DNA of 34,694 nucleotides from a virus (Duplodnaviria; Heunggongvirae; Uroviricota; Caudoviricetes): IMG/VR virus record IMGVR_UViG_2534682325_000013; one strand, 5' to 3'. Shown piece by piece: positions 21,699 to 34,694 of this stretch (position 1 is its first letter; each line of letters starts with the position of its first letter). The notes under the pieces were generated by a model. It saw only the letters and a program-made list of their open reading frames with translations, ran no database searches and was not told where the DNA came from. The position numbers and the translations under genes were made by a program.

Positions 21699-22027
21699 CA
21701 GTTCACCACCTGTTCAAACTCTGCGCTGAACTCAACACGCAGCATACTGACCCGCGACGACCATTTTGCGCAGGTCACCTTTATCTGCCGCCACTCATAA
21801 GGCGGCGTCCACAGAAAGGCCTTCCAGCCCCCGAGCTCAGCCAGAAACGACTCAAGCGCCGTGGCCTCCCAACGGGGAACAGAAAGCGTCACGCTGTACG
21901 TTTTCAGGTCGGCATTCAGCCCGGCAGGCGCTCGCTGGGAATAGCCATCACCAAAGCGCACCTTTCTTACGGAAGGGGCCGAAGCCACATCCATACCGGG
22001 TTTCACTTTCCAGCGGAAGGTTTTCAT
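21698..22027 (-). CDS. M: Minor tail protein M
   Basis: 109 aa, MKTFRWKVKPGMDVASAPSVRKVRFGDGYSQRAPAGLNADLKTYSVTLSV...; start/stop overlap with H and L. Confidence 0.95.
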   Translation of the reverse strand: MKTFRWKVKPGMDVASAPSVRKVRFGDGYSQRAPAGLNADLKTYSVTLSVPRWEATALESFLAELGGWKAFLWTPPYEWRQIKVTCAKWSSRVSMLRVEFSAEFEQVVN

Positions 22028-24573
22028 CGTCCACCTCCGGAGAACAGACCACCATCGCGCATCTGCCCGGTCACAACATCCATTGCCGCCTTACGGGCTA
22101 CGTCATAAACCGCCTTCAGTGCCTGTGGCCCTATCTGACCGTTCGTGCCGTCGTTGTTAATCACCACATGGTTATTCTGCTCAAACGTCCCGGACGCCTG
22201 CGACCGGCTGTCCGCCATGCTGCCCGGTGTACCGACATAACCGCCGGTGGCATAGCCGCGCATCAGCCGGTAAAGATTTCCTACGCCAATCCGGCTGGTT
22301 GCCTCCTTCGTGAAGACAAATTCACCACGGTGAACAATCCCCGCTGGCTCATATTTGCCGCCGGTTCCCGTAAACCCTCCGGCCGCAAAATGGAATTTCG
22401 CCGCAGCTGCCTGAATGGCTGTACCGCCTGACGCTGATGCGCCGCCGCCAATGGCGCTGCCTATACTTCCGACAATCCCCACCATTGCCTGCTTAAGCAG
22501 AATTTCTGTCATCATGGACAGCACGGAACGGGTGAAGCTGCGCCAGTTCTGTTCACTGCCGGTCAGCATCGCCGCCATATTCTGTGCAATACCATCAAAG
22601 GTCTGCGTGGCAGCACTTTTAACCTGCGACATACTGTCCGTGGCGCTCTCTTCCCACTCACTCCAGCCTGACCTGAGGCCTGCCATCCAGCTCCCGCGAA
22701 GCTGGTCTTCAGCTGCCCAGGTCTTTTTCTGCTCTGACATGACGTTATTCAGCGCCAGAGGATTATCGCCATACTGTTCCTTCAGGCGCTGTTCCGTGGC
22801 TTCCCGCGCTGCCTGCCGGTCAGTCAGCCCCCGGTTTTTTGCATCAATGGCGGCCCGTTTTGCCCGTTGTTGCTGTGCGAATTTATCCGCCTGCTGTGCC
22901 AGCGCGTTCAGGTGCTCCTGATAGGTGACCTTGTCGCCAAGTACAGCCAGCTGGCGTTTGTACTCCAGCGTCTCGTCTTTATGCGCCAGCAGGGATTTCT
23001 CCTGTGCGGACAGCTGGCGACGTTGTGCCGCCTCCTCCAGTACCGCGAACTGACTTTCTGCCTTCCACAAATCCCGGCGCTGCTGGCTGATTTTCTCATT
23101 CGCTCCGGCATGCTTCTCCAGCATCCGGAGTTCTGCCTGAAGCGTCAGCAGGGCAGCATGAGCACTGTCTTCCTGACGATCGCCCGCAGACACCTTCACG
23201 CCGGACTGTTTCGGCTTTTTCAGCGTCGCTTCATAGTCCTTTTTCGCCGCCGCCATCAGCGTGTTGTAATCTGCCTGCAGGATTTTCCCGTCTTTCAGTG
23301 CCTTATTCAGTTCTTCCTGACGGGCGGTATATTTCTCCAGCGGCGTCTGCAGGCGTTCGTAAGCCTTCTGCGCCTCTTCGGTATATTTCAGCCGTGACGC
23401 TTCGGTATCGCTCTGTTGCTGCGCATTTTTGTCCTGTTGACTCTGCTGCTCAGCCTTCTTTCGGGCGGCTTCAAGCGCAAGACGGGCCTTTTCACGATCA
23501 TCCCAGTAACGCGCCCGCGCTTCATCGTTAACAAAATAATCATCCTTGCGCAGATTCCAGATATCGTCCGCTTTCTTAAACGCGGCCTCTGCCTTAATCA
23601 GCATCTCCTGCGCGGTATCAGGACGACCAATATCCAGCACCGCATCCCACATGGATTTGAATGCCCGTGCTGTCCTGTCTGCCCAGGTTTCCAGCGTGCC
23701 CATGTTCTCTTTCAGGCGGCGGGTCTGGTCATCAAACCCTTTCGTCGCGGCCTCGTTCGCCGCCTGCAATGCCCCGGCTTCTTCGCCGGAACGCTGCAAC
23801 TGAGCAACATACGCAATCTGCTCCGCCGTCACGTTATGGAACTGGCGCGCCATCGCTGTCAGCCCCGACGTCGGGTCAGTGGTCAGCTTCCCGAAGGCTT
23901 CAGCGACCTTGTCCACCTCCACGCCTGATGCAGAGGAGAAACGCGCCACACTCTGGCTGATGGACGCAATCTGAGCCTCACCGCTTACCCCCGCCTTAAC
24001 CAGTGCGCTGAGTGACTCGCTGGTCTGGTTAAACGTCAGCCCTGCCGCCTGCCCGGCTCTGGACAGGACCAGCATACGATCTGCCGTCAGCCCGGCCTGA
24101 TTGCCGGAAAGGACCAGCGTTTTGTTGAAATCGGACAGGGTTGAGTTGCCCTGATACCAGGCATACGCCAGCGCACCGGTCGCCACCGCCAGCGAGGTGG
24201 CCCCCACCATCGGCAGGGTGATCGCACCGGCAAGCCCCCGGAACATGGGGATCATCCCGCCGAAGGAGTCCTTCACCTGCCCCCCCTGTTGCAGCAGGAT
24301 CAGCCACGGACTTTGCCCACCTGCAAGCTGCGTGGCCACGTCAGTGAACTGCGCAGGCAGCATACGCATGGCGGCTTTATACTGCCCGACGGAAATTCCC
24401 GCTTTCTGTGCAGCCAGCGCCTGCCGGCTCATCGACTGTTCAACGACTGCCGCTGTTTTTTTCGCATCACTTTCCGTACCGGAAAAATGACGCCTGACTC
24501 TGGCCATCTGCTCGTCAAATCTGGCCGCATCCAGACTTAAATCAACGACCAGATCGCCTACCGGTTCAGCCAT
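22024..24573 (-). CDS. H: Tail tape measure protein H
   Basis: 849 aa (lambda gpH is 853 by my recall); coiled-coil rich, Gly-rich C-terminus; follows G/T. Confidence 0.95.
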   Translation of the reverse strand: MAEPVGDLVVDLSLDAARFDEQMARVRRHFSGTESDAKKTAAVVEQSMSRQALAAQKAGISVGQYKAAMRMLPAQFTDVATQLAGGQSPWLILLQQGGQVKDSFGGMIPMFRGLAGAITLPMVGATSLAVATGALAYAWYQGNSTLSDFNKTLVLSGNQAGLTADRMLVLSRAGQAAGLTFNQTSESLSALVKAGVSGEAQIASISQSVARFSSASGVEVDKVAEAFGKLTTDPTSGLTAMARQFHNVTAEQIAYVAQLQRSGEEAGALQAANEAATKGFDDQTRRLKENMGTLETWADRTARAFKSMWDAVLDIGRPDTAQEMLIKAEAAFKKADDIWNLRKDDYFVNDEARARYWDDREKARLALEAARKKAEQQSQQDKNAQQQSDTEASRLKYTEEAQKAYERLQTPLEKYTARQEELNKALKDGKILQADYNTLMAAAKKDYEATLKKPKQSGVKVSAGDRQEDSAHAALLTLQAELRMLEKHAGANEKISQQRRDLWKAESQFAVLEEAAQRRQLSAQEKSLLAHKDETLEYKRQLAVLGDKVTYQEHLNALAQQADKFAQQQRAKRAAIDAKNRGLTDRQAAREATEQRLKEQYGDNPLALNNVMSEQKKTWAAEDQLRGSWMAGLRSGWSEWEESATDSMSQVKSAATQTFDGIAQNMAAMLTGSEQNWRSFTRSVLSMMTEILLKQAMVGIVGSIGSAIGGGASASGGTAIQAAAAKFHFAAGGFTGTGGKYEPAGIVHRGEFVFTKEATSRIGVGNLYRLMRGYATGGYVGTPGSMADSRSQASGTFEQNNHVVINNDGTNGQIGPQALKAVYDVARKAAMDVVTGQMRDGGLFSGGGR

Positions 24574-25404
24574 ACCGGACTCCTCCTGCGATCCCTTCTG
24601 ATACTGTCATCAGCATTACGTCATCCTCCGTCATGTCCGCCACATCCGGGGAAGCGGGGATAACTTCATTCCCGTCCGGGCCAAAACGAACGCCTCCAGC
24701 AAGCCCTGCCGCTTTCTGCATCAGCACATCATCTTCAGGCTCTTCGTCAGCCTCACGCCGGTTCAGCAGACTGAAATCCAGCGGATGCATATCCGGATCG
24801 CTGAAAAACAGGCTGAGCACGGTGTACGTCAGCCCGGAAAAGTGCATATCCAGCAGAACATCATGAAAATAATGGGTACTGTAAAAGCGGTGCCAGTCGG
24901 CATACTCCGTGGATGACATCCCGGCAAGCATGGCACGCCAGTCGGGTCGCCCCATCTCGCGCGCCAGTTTCAGGGCAAAACTCAGCTCACCGTCGAACAC
25001 TTTCCCGCAGAAACAGGCTCTGCAGGCCCGGCGTCCTCTGCCTGTTCAGGGGCATCATTCACCACAAACTCATACATACCGGACAGCCGGTACACCACGT
25101 TTTCAGCATGAGAAATTGCCTCCGCGGGCCAGGTGGTAAGCACTTCCTGCTCAATCTGTTTAACGGCTTCATTCATGGACGGCATCTGCGTCTTCTTCGG
25201 ATGGTTATGCCACAGGGACATCGCCACCACAAAAGCGCCGGTTCTGATGGCGTCTTCCACAGTAAACTTCCGGTTGCTGTCTGACTCCGCCTGTTCTGCC
25301 TGCCGTTTCATCAGGGCGAGATGCTCAATACGCTGCAGGGCTGACAGTTCAGAAAGCGTGACGGTCACGCCGTTATGTTCAAATGATTCGGTTTTCAGGA
25401 ACAT
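24566..25404 (-). CDS. Tail assembly chaperone G-T fusion, made by programmed -1 ribosomal frameshift near 25000-25006
   Basis: The -1 frame ORF (24566-25000) begins exactly at the slippery heptamer and reads VFDGELSFALKLAREMGRPDWRAMLAGM...; arrangement identical to the lambda G/GT system. Confidence 0.85.
24982..25404 (-). CDS. G: Tail assembly chaperone G
   Basis: 140 aa, MFLKTESFEHNGVTVTLSELSALQRIEHLALMKRQAEQ..., ending ...PVSAGKCSTVS with the GGGAAAG slip site at the Gly-Lys codons. Confidence 0.95.
   Translation of the reverse strand: MFLKTESFEHNGVTVTLSELSALQRIEHLALMKRQAEQAESDSNRKFTVEDAIRTGAFVVAMSLWHNHPKKTQMPSMNEAVKQIEQEVLTTWPAEAISHAENVVYRLSGMYEFVVNDAPEQAEDAGPAEPVSAGKCSTVS
25000..25006 (-). 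promoter_or_regulatory. Programmed -1 frameshift slippery heptamer G GGA AAG for G-T expression
   Basis: Plus-strand ctttccc (minus gggaaag) at the end of G. Position given on ORF-track coordinates; from the printed line numbers it reads 1 nt lower. Confidence 0.85.
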
Positions 25405-25419
25405 CGCTGATTCTCCGGA

Positions 25420-26160
25420 TTAACTGGCGGTGACGTTGATTTCTGCAACCGCAGCAAACTCACCATTACCGGATACGACCGGAATGTTGACCTTGCCTGC
25501 AGCAACACCTTTCACGGTGATGGTCATACCACTGACCGACACGGTGGCTTTTGTTTTATCCGCAGACACCGCACGGAAGCTCTTGTCGGTTGCGCCTTCC
25601 GGCTGGAATGCCACGGTCAGCGTCGTGCTCTGCCCTTTCACCACCGAGGTGCTGGCAGGCGTCACGGTCATGCCGGTTGCCGCTGTTACCGTGCTGCGAT
25701 CTTCTGCCATCGACGGACGTCCCACGTTGGTGACTTTCACCGTGCGGGTGATCACTTCCTTCGCCGTCACCGCCTTACCGATACTGCTGACCCAGCCGCG
25801 GAACACATCGACCGTGCCGTTCGGGAAGCGGATTTTATAGGCACGGGTATCACCTTCATTAAACCACGCCAGCAGCGCCTGCTGCCCCTGCTCTCCGGGC
25901 ATCCACGCCAGCGTGAAGCTGGTATCTCCAGCGGATTTCTGCCCCTGTCCGGTCGCGGCCCAGTCCGCATCTTCATCATCGAGATAACTGTCGTCATAGG
26001 ACTCAGCGGTCAGTTCGCCGGGCGTCAGGTCTTTAACCTTTGCCAGACGCGACCAGTCATTGTCTGAAAGCGGGTTTGCATATGGGTCGCCGTTCCCGTT
26101 ATAAACCCACAGTGTGGTCCCGGCCCCTTTCACCGGTGCCAGAGGATTTGGTGTTGGCAT
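25420..26160 (-). CDS. V: Major tail tube protein V with C-terminal Ig-like domain
   Basis: Likely start ATG at 26160 (SD gagga; 246 aa, [20 protein letters not shown]...); the track ORF extends 10 codons upstream. Confidence 0.95.
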   Translation of the reverse strand: MPTPNPLAPVKGAGTTLWVYNGNGDPYANPLSDNDWSRLAKVKDLTPGELTAESYDDSYLDDEDADWAATGQGQKSAGDTSFTLAWMPGEQGQQALLAWFNEGDTRAYKIRFPNGTVDVFRGWVSSIGKAVTAKEVITRTVKVTNVGRPSMAEDRSTVTAATGMTVTPASTSVVKGQSTTLTVAFQPEGATDKSFRAVSADKTKATVSVSGMTITVKGVAAGKVNIPVVSGNGEFAAVAEINVTAS

Positions 26161-26167
26161 ATCGTCC

Positions 26168-26563
26168 TCACATTTCATAGGTAATGACATAAGTCAGATC
26201 GGCTGAACTCCACAGGCCCGCATCATCGTCGCGCCGGTAGTCATAGCCACTGGCCACCATACTGGTGATCAAATCTGATAGTGCCGGGATATCGCTCATC
26301 ACCGGATAAATCCGGGACTCCATCCACGCATCCAGCTCTGAATCCGGCACCTGAGCAGGCAGGAAAACTTCGATATGCAGCTCCGCCTGCCAGGTATCGC
26401 TGTCCAGCTCTTCGCCCGTGTATTCAGCGCCGGTGAGATAAACGGCAACTGCCGGAAAATCCGCCTCATCAAAAACAGCGGGGCGACCATCAAAAAACGT
26501 CGCCCCGGTGTCATGCTTCTCCAGTGCATCCAGTACGGCTGCACGGAGTTCAGTATGTTTCAT
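26168..26563 (-). CDS. U: Tail terminator protein U
   Basis: 131 aa, [54 protein letters not shown]... Confidence 0.95.
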   Translation of the reverse strand: MKHTELRAAVLDALEKHDTGATFFDGRPAVFDEADFPAVAVYLTGAEYTGEELDSDTWQAELHIEVFLPAQVPDSELDAWMESRIYPVMSDIPALSDLITSMVASGYDYRRDDDAGLWSSADLTYVITYEM

Positions 26564-27138
26564 CGCTTTATTACCATTCTCAGTTGATGCTGCAGCGCAT
26601 AGCCCAGCTCTTTCGGAAGACGTTCACGCCGTATCCGCTCAATATTCTGTTTAAACGCCGTGGTCAGCGGCACCGCCATCGGGATTTTCACCACATCAAT
26701 GGGGTAACGGTTTTTCCCGGCCACACGCTGCATGACATGCCACCGGCCATTTTTCAGTTGCTGAATAAACGCGCCGGGAATACGACGGTTTCCCACCACA
26801 AGCACGCTGCCGCCACCTTTCAGGGATGAACGCTGCCCCTTTTTACGACGCCTGCGTCGGGACAGGACAACCCGCGCGTTACCCAGCTTGATTACGGGCA
26901 AATCCCCCCGGTTAACCTTGATTCTGGCCTGCGGATTTTTAACCGTGGCCCTTTTCAGCCTGGCCCTTTCCTTTACCAGTTTCCGGCGTACTCTTGTCTC
27001 ACGGGCAACCTGTGACGCCGACTGCGATATCGCGGATGAAGCAACGCGGTTAATGGCCATTGCTGACGCACCAGGCACCGCCGTTTTGCTGATACGACTG
27101 AGGTTTTCAACGGCCTGCTCAAGACCTTTTATGGCCAT
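26560..27138 (-). CDS. Z: Tail completion protein Z
   Basis: 192 aa, MAIKGLEQAVENLSRISKTAVPGASAMAINRVASSAISQSASQVARETRVRRKL... Confidence 0.95.
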   Translation of the reverse strand: MAIKGLEQAVENLSRISKTAVPGASAMAINRVASSAISQSASQVARETRVRRKLVKERARLKRATVKNPQARIKVNRGDLPVIKLGNARVVLSRRRRRKKGQRSSLKGGGSVLVVGNRRIPGAFIQQLKNGRWHVMQRVAGKNRYPIDVVKIPMAVPLTTAFKQNIERIRRERLPKELGYALQHQLRMVIKR

Positions 27139-27149
27139 ACATCCCCCCT

Positions 27150-27503
27150 TCAGCGACGACGGTTAACGGCAGGCGGTACGCCCCGCCCAAGCCAGAGATG
27201 ACAGCTTCCGCCATCATCCGTCGAAATCCGGTCTATCCAGAAGTTTTCCTCACCGATGGTCAGCGTGTCTCCACGCCGCAGTTGCCGCACATCATCAGTC
27301 CGGACAAACAGGGACGGGCTGGAGCCTTCAACACGCACGCCCTGTCCGGCATAGCTGATATTTTCAGGGTCATCAAAAACACCACGTATTACTGCGCCGG
27401 ACTGCTCACCGGATGTCATGGTGGCTGACGTTCCCATGTACCCGCGTATCGTTTCATCGGCGCGGGCAATGGCAGCATCGAACAGGTTATCGAAATCAGC
27501 CAC
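27150..27503 (-). CDS. FII: Head-tail connector protein FII
   Basis: 117 aa, MADFDNLFDAAIARADETIRGYMGTSATMTSGEQSGAVIRGVFDDPENISYAGQG... Confidence 0.95.
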   Translation of the reverse strand: MADFDNLFDAAIARADETIRGYMGTSATMTSGEQSGAVIRGVFDDPENISYAGQGVRVEGSSPSLFVRTDDVRQLRRGDTLTIGEENFWIDRISTDDGGSCHLWLGRGVPPAVNRRR

Positions 27504-27514
27504 AGCGCCTCCCG

Positions 27515-27913
27515 TTATTGCATTCTGGCCAGGCCGCGCTCTGTCATTTCGGCTGCCACACCGGCAGAGACACGAAACGCCGTTCCCGGCAGCACAAATG
27601 CCACAGGTTCATCCCGCGTGACGTGAAGTGCATCAGTATGCAGCTTCACCAGTGCCACGACCGTGACCAGTTCAGACGTATCCAGAATCACGGTATCCGG
27701 CTGCGCTGATCCCACCTCATTTTCATGTCCGGTCAGCACATTTTCCCGGCTGAGAGGGGTGTCCTGACCGGCAGTTTCATCCGTGTCATCAAGCTCCTCT
27801 TCCAGCTCTGCCACACGGAGCGCCAGTTCTTCTTTCGTCCCCGTCAGGCTGACATCACGGTTCAGTTGTTCACCCAGCGAGCGGAGACGGGCAATCAGTT
27901 CATCTTTCGTCAT
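27515..27913 (-). CDS. FI: DNA packaging protein FI
   Basis: 132 aa from the ATG at 27913 (MTKDELIARLRSLGEQLNRDVSLTGTKEELALRVAELEEELDDTDE...); the track ORF starts 13 codons upstream. Confidence 0.9.
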   Translation of the reverse strand: MTKDELIARLRSLGEQLNRDVSLTGTKEELALRVAELEEELDDTDETAGQDTPLSRENVLTGHENEVGSAQPDTVILDTSELVTVVALVKLHTDALHVTRDEPVAFVLPGTAFRVSAGVAAEMTERGLARMQ

Positions 27914-27954
27914 GGACTCCTCCACAGAAAAACAATGGCCCCGAAGGGCCATGA

Positions 27955-28980
27955 TTACGCCAGTTGTACGGACACGAACTCATCAGGGTCAGCCAGCAGC
28001 ATCAGCGGTGCTGACTGAATCATGGTGAACTCACGCGCCGGATCGCCGGTGGTCACCCAGTTTTTCGGGTAACGGGCAGAGGCGTTAATGCCTTCGCGCT
28101 GTGCGTCCGCATCCTGAATGCAGCCATAGGTGCGCAGACCGCGTGCCTGAGTGTTCCCCAGCACCATCGTGTTGTCCGGCAGGAAGTTCTTTTTGACGCC
28201 GTTTTCCACGTACTGTCCGGAATACACGACGATGGCCACATCGCCATACATTCCCTTATAAGACACCGCTTTGCCCAGGTCTTTTACCGCTGTCTCCAGT
28301 TCGGAATGAGAGCCGCGACGGGTATCCAGCTTCTCCCTGACGGCTTTGAAGGAACGGAACAGCGCCCAGCCTTTCGGGTCAAACACGATGATATTCACCA
28401 CGCCGCTGGCGTTCAGCGCGTAGGCTTCGATATCGTCGGTCGGGTCATACGTGGACTTGTCACGCTTGCTCCACTCCGTGCCGCCGGACTGCGTGATGTT
28501 GTTCGCCGCACTGCGGCCCATATCCACCTCAACCGGATCGAAGGCTTCACCGGTCATGGTGTATTTGCCCTTGAGCACGGCAGAAACTGCCTGCATCTCT
28601 TCGACCTGAGCAATGGCCAGCTCTTCGTCACGCATGTTCTGCATGATGATGCGACGGCGGCGGTAAGCCGGGTCCGCCAGATTCTGCGGATCTTCATCCG
28701 GCAGGCGACGCAGGGTCATCTGCGGATTCACTTCATGCTTCGGCTTGACATATCCCGGCGTAAATTCAGAGGTGGAGCCGCCACGGGAACGGATAACCTC
28801 ACCAGAAACAATCGGCGAAACGTACAGCGCCATGTTTACCAGTCCCGGAATTTGTGAGAGATAGACTTTCTCCGTGGTGAAGGGATAGCTCTCACGGAAA
28901 AAGAGACGCAGAAACAGCGGATCAAACTTAAATTTCTGCTCATTTGCCGCCAGCAGTTGGGCGGTTGTGTACATCGACAT
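27955..28980 (-). CDS. E: Major capsid protein E
   Basis: 341 aa from the ATG at 28980, MSMYTTAQLLAANEQKFKFDPLFLRLFFRESYPFTTEKVYLSQIPGLVNMALYVSP...; matches lambda gpE as I recall it. Confidence 0.95.
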   Translation of the reverse strand: MSMYTTAQLLAANEQKFKFDPLFLRLFFRESYPFTTEKVYLSQIPGLVNMALYVSPIVSGEVIRSRGGSTSEFTPGYVKPKHEVNPQMTLRRLPDEDPQNLADPAYRRRRIIMQNMRDEELAIAQVEEMQAVSAVLKGKYTMTGEAFDPVEVDMGRSAANNITQSGGTEWSKRDKSTYDPTDDIEAYALNASGVVNIIVFDPKGWALFRSFKAVREKLDTRRGSHSELETAVKDLGKAVSYKGMYGDVAIVVYSGQYVENGVKKNFLPDNTMVLGNTQARGLRTYGCIQDADAQREGINASARYPKNWVTTGDPAREFTMIQSAPLMLLADPDEFVSVQLA

Positions 28981-29035
28981 AAAAAAATCCCGTAAAAAAA
29001 GCCGCACAGGCGGCCTTTAGTGATGAAGGGTCAGG

Positions 29036-29368
29036 TTAAACGATGCTGATTGCCGTTCCGGCAAACGCGGTCCGTTTTTTCGTCTCGTCGCTGGCAGCCT
29101 CCGGCCAGAGCACATCCTCATAACGGAACGTGCCGGACTTGTAGAACGTCAGCGTGGTGCTGGTCTGGTCAGCAGCAACCGCAAGAATGCCAACGGCAGC
29201 ACCGTCGGTGGTGCCATCCCACGCAACCAGCTTACGGCTGGAGGTGTCCAGCATCAGCGGGGTCATTGCAGGCGCTTTCGCACTCAATCCGCCGGGCGCG
29301 GTTGCGGTATGAGCCGGGTCACTGTTGCCCAGCGGCTGGTAATGGGTAAAGGTTTCTTTGCTCGTCAT
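29036..29368 (-). CDS. D: Capsid decoration protein D
   Basis: 110 aa from the ATG at 29368, [60 protein letters not shown]... Confidence 0.95.
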   Translation of the reverse strand: MTSKETFTHYQPLGNSDPAHTATAPGGLSAKAPAMTPLMLDTSSRKLVAWDGTTDGAAVGILAVAADQTSTTLTFYKSGTFRYEDVLWPEAASDETKKRTAFAGTAISIV

Positions 29369-29377
29369 AAACATCCC

Positions 29378-29773
29378 TTACACTGGTGTGTTCAGCAAAT
29401 CGTTAACGGCATCAGATGCCGGGTTACCTGCAGCCAGCGGTGCCGGTGCCCCCTGCATCAGACGATCCAGCGCAGTATCACTGCGCGCCTGTGCACTCTG
29501 TGGTGCTGCGGCCAGAATGCGGCGGGCCGTTTCCACGGTCATACCGGGGGTTTCTGCCAGCACGCGGGCCTGTTCTTCGCGTCCGTGAGCCTCCTCACAG
29601 TTGAGGATCCCCATAATGCGGCTGTTTTCTGCCGCAACCGCAGCGGTGATCTGCGCGTTCACGTCCGGCTGCGCCGCGCTGGCGTTTTCGCCCTCCGTCG
29701 CTGGCACCACGCCAGTAACGTCAGCCTGCGAAGCAGTGGCTGAAACAGTTGTTGATTGAGTCTCTTTGGTCAT
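29378..29773 (-). CDS. Nu3: Scaffolding protein Nu3, nested in-frame in the 3' third of C
   Basis: Internal ATG at 29773 giving MTKETQSTTVSATASQADVT... (131 aa), coincident with the C reading frame. Assignment rests on the known lambda C/Nu3 arrangement. Confidence 0.7.
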   Translation of the reverse strand: MTKETQSTTVSATASQADVTGVVPATEGENASAAQPDVNAQITAAVAAENSRIMGILNCEEAHGREEQARVLAETPGMTVETARRILAAAPQSAQARSDTALDRLMQGAPAPLAAGNPASDAVNDLLNTPV

Positions 29774-30677
29774 TCGCCCTCCTGAGAGACGGGATTTACG
29801 TGCATCCAGTGCATCACGCATAACGGTGATCGCATCGGTGCTGTTGACAAGTTCATCAGCCAGTCCGGCATCAATGGCCTCCTGACCGCTGTACACTGCA
29901 GCCTCGGTATCCAGCACAGCCTGCACGGACAGGCCGGTATATGCCGACACCTTCTGCGCAAACATCCGGCGGGTTGCATCCATCCGGGACTGCAGTGTTT
30001 CCCGGACATCACCCGGTAGATGGCTGTAGGGGTTGCCATCCACCTTATGGCTGCCGCTGTAAATCAGCGTGATTTCCACGCCCTGTTTCTCCAGGGCAGC
30101 ACCGTAATTACTGTGAGCCATCATGACGCCGATGGAGCCTGTCCGGGCGGTCTGCGTGACCAGACGCCGGGAGGCGGCGCTGGCAAGCAGCTGACCTGCA
30201 CTGCAGTTCATGTCGTTGGCCAGCGCCCATACCGGTTTTATGTCTCGCACACGGGCGATGATGTCAGCACAGTCAAATGCTCCCGCCACCATCCCGCCCG
30301 GTGTGTCCATATCGAGCAGAATGCCGTCCACCATCGGATCGCTGGCAGCCTGTTGCAGACGGGCGATAATGCCGTTGTAACCGGTCATTCCCGAATACGG
30401 CTGCAGCGCCCGCGTCCGGCTGACCAGCGTACCGGACACCGGCAGCACGGCGATGCCGTTCATGACCTGATAACTCCGGGCCTGTCGTGGTCCGTCATCA
30501 TCACCGGATAACGCCAGCGCCGCGGGTGCCTCTCCGGCAGTCAGGCTGTCGCCGGATACTGCATCCGTCAGGCGGCTGATCCCAAGCTGGCCTGCAAGCG
30601 CACAAAAGAAAACCCGCGCATAGGCGGGTTCAAGCATCAGCGGCTCATTAAAAGCCATGCTGGCAATATGCGGGAGA

Positions 30678-30697
<20 letters not shown>
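29378..30697 (-). CDS. C: Capsid assembly protease C (ClpP/SppA-like S49 protease)
   Basis: 439 aa from the GTG at 30697 (strong SD gaggagg upstream), VTAELRNLPHIASMAFNEPLMLEPAYARVFF...; 5' end overlaps the 3' end of B as in lambda. The track ORF extends 45 codons upstream. Confidence 0.9.
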
Positions 30698-34378
<3,681 letters not shown>

Positions 34379-34404
<26 letters not shown>

Positions 34405-34694
34405 TCAGCAACCCCGGTATCAGTTCATCCAGCGCGGCTGCTTTGTTCATGGCTTTGATGATATCCCGTTTCAGGAAATCAACATGTCGGTTTTCCAGTT
34501 CCGGAAAACGCCGCTGCACCGACAGGGGGATCCCGTCGAGAATACTGGCAATTTCACCTGCGATCCGCGACAGCACGAAAGTACAGAATGCGGTTTCCAC
34601 CACTTCAGCTGAGTCTCTGGCATTCTTCAGTTCCTGTGCGTCGGCCTGCGCACGCGTAAGTCGATGGCGTTCGTACTCAATAGTCCCTGGCTGG
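34379..34694 (-). CDS. Nu1: Terminase small subunit Nu1, C-terminal ~105 codons; 5' end lies beyond the window
   Basis: The in-frame minus-strand reading continues to the window edge (...QPGTIEYERHRLTRAQADAQELKNARDSAEVVETAFCTFVLSRIAGEIASILDG...EYIEQSG), matching the lambda Nu1 C-terminal half. The ORF track shows only the part after an internal GTG. Confidence 0.9.

Noticed and set aside
22415-23960. Several 80-180-aa plus-strand ORFs antisense to the tape-measure gene H
   Set aside because: Overlap the long H ORF on the opposite strand; Leu/Arg/Cys-rich compositions typical of antisense frames.

Overview
This window is a mosaic prophage/accessory region from an Escherichia-like genome. The right ~23 kb (11996-34694, all minus strand) is an essentially complete lambda-type late morphogenesis module: Nu1 (5' end off-window), A, W, B, C/Nu3, D, E, FI, FII, Z, U, V, G and G-T, H, M, L, K, I, J, lom, stf, tfa. 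Its proteins are near-identical to phage lambda as far as I can recall them. The left ~12 kb is cargo of different (AT-richer) composition: a plus-strand yciG-yciF-yciE-Mn-catalase-like stress operon, an intact ybcY-like SAM methyltransferase, a tail-fibre-assembly pseudogene split by an IS66-family element (ISEc8-like, 2442 bp, 8-bp target duplication), a signal-peptide alpha/beta-hydrolase, ompT, and a divergent XRE-HTH/cupin regulator. An IS3-family element (IS629-like, 1310 bp, no target duplication) abuts a frameshifted fragment of a second, diverged terminase large-subunit gene at the left edge. No rRNA, tRNA or CRISPR array was seen. The gene order resembles the E. coli K-12 DLP12 right end (terminase fragment, tfaD, ybcY, tfaX, ompT) but with the structural genes intact; that comparison is from memory. 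The most interesting candidate is the four-gene stress/catalase operon carried as prophage cargo and bracketed by direct repeats of tfa 3' sequence. I found nothing that is clearly a new system: every gene has a recognisable family, and all similarity statements are unverified recall. Coordinates follow the ORF track where possible; sites read directly off the sequence text may be off by 1-2 nt.
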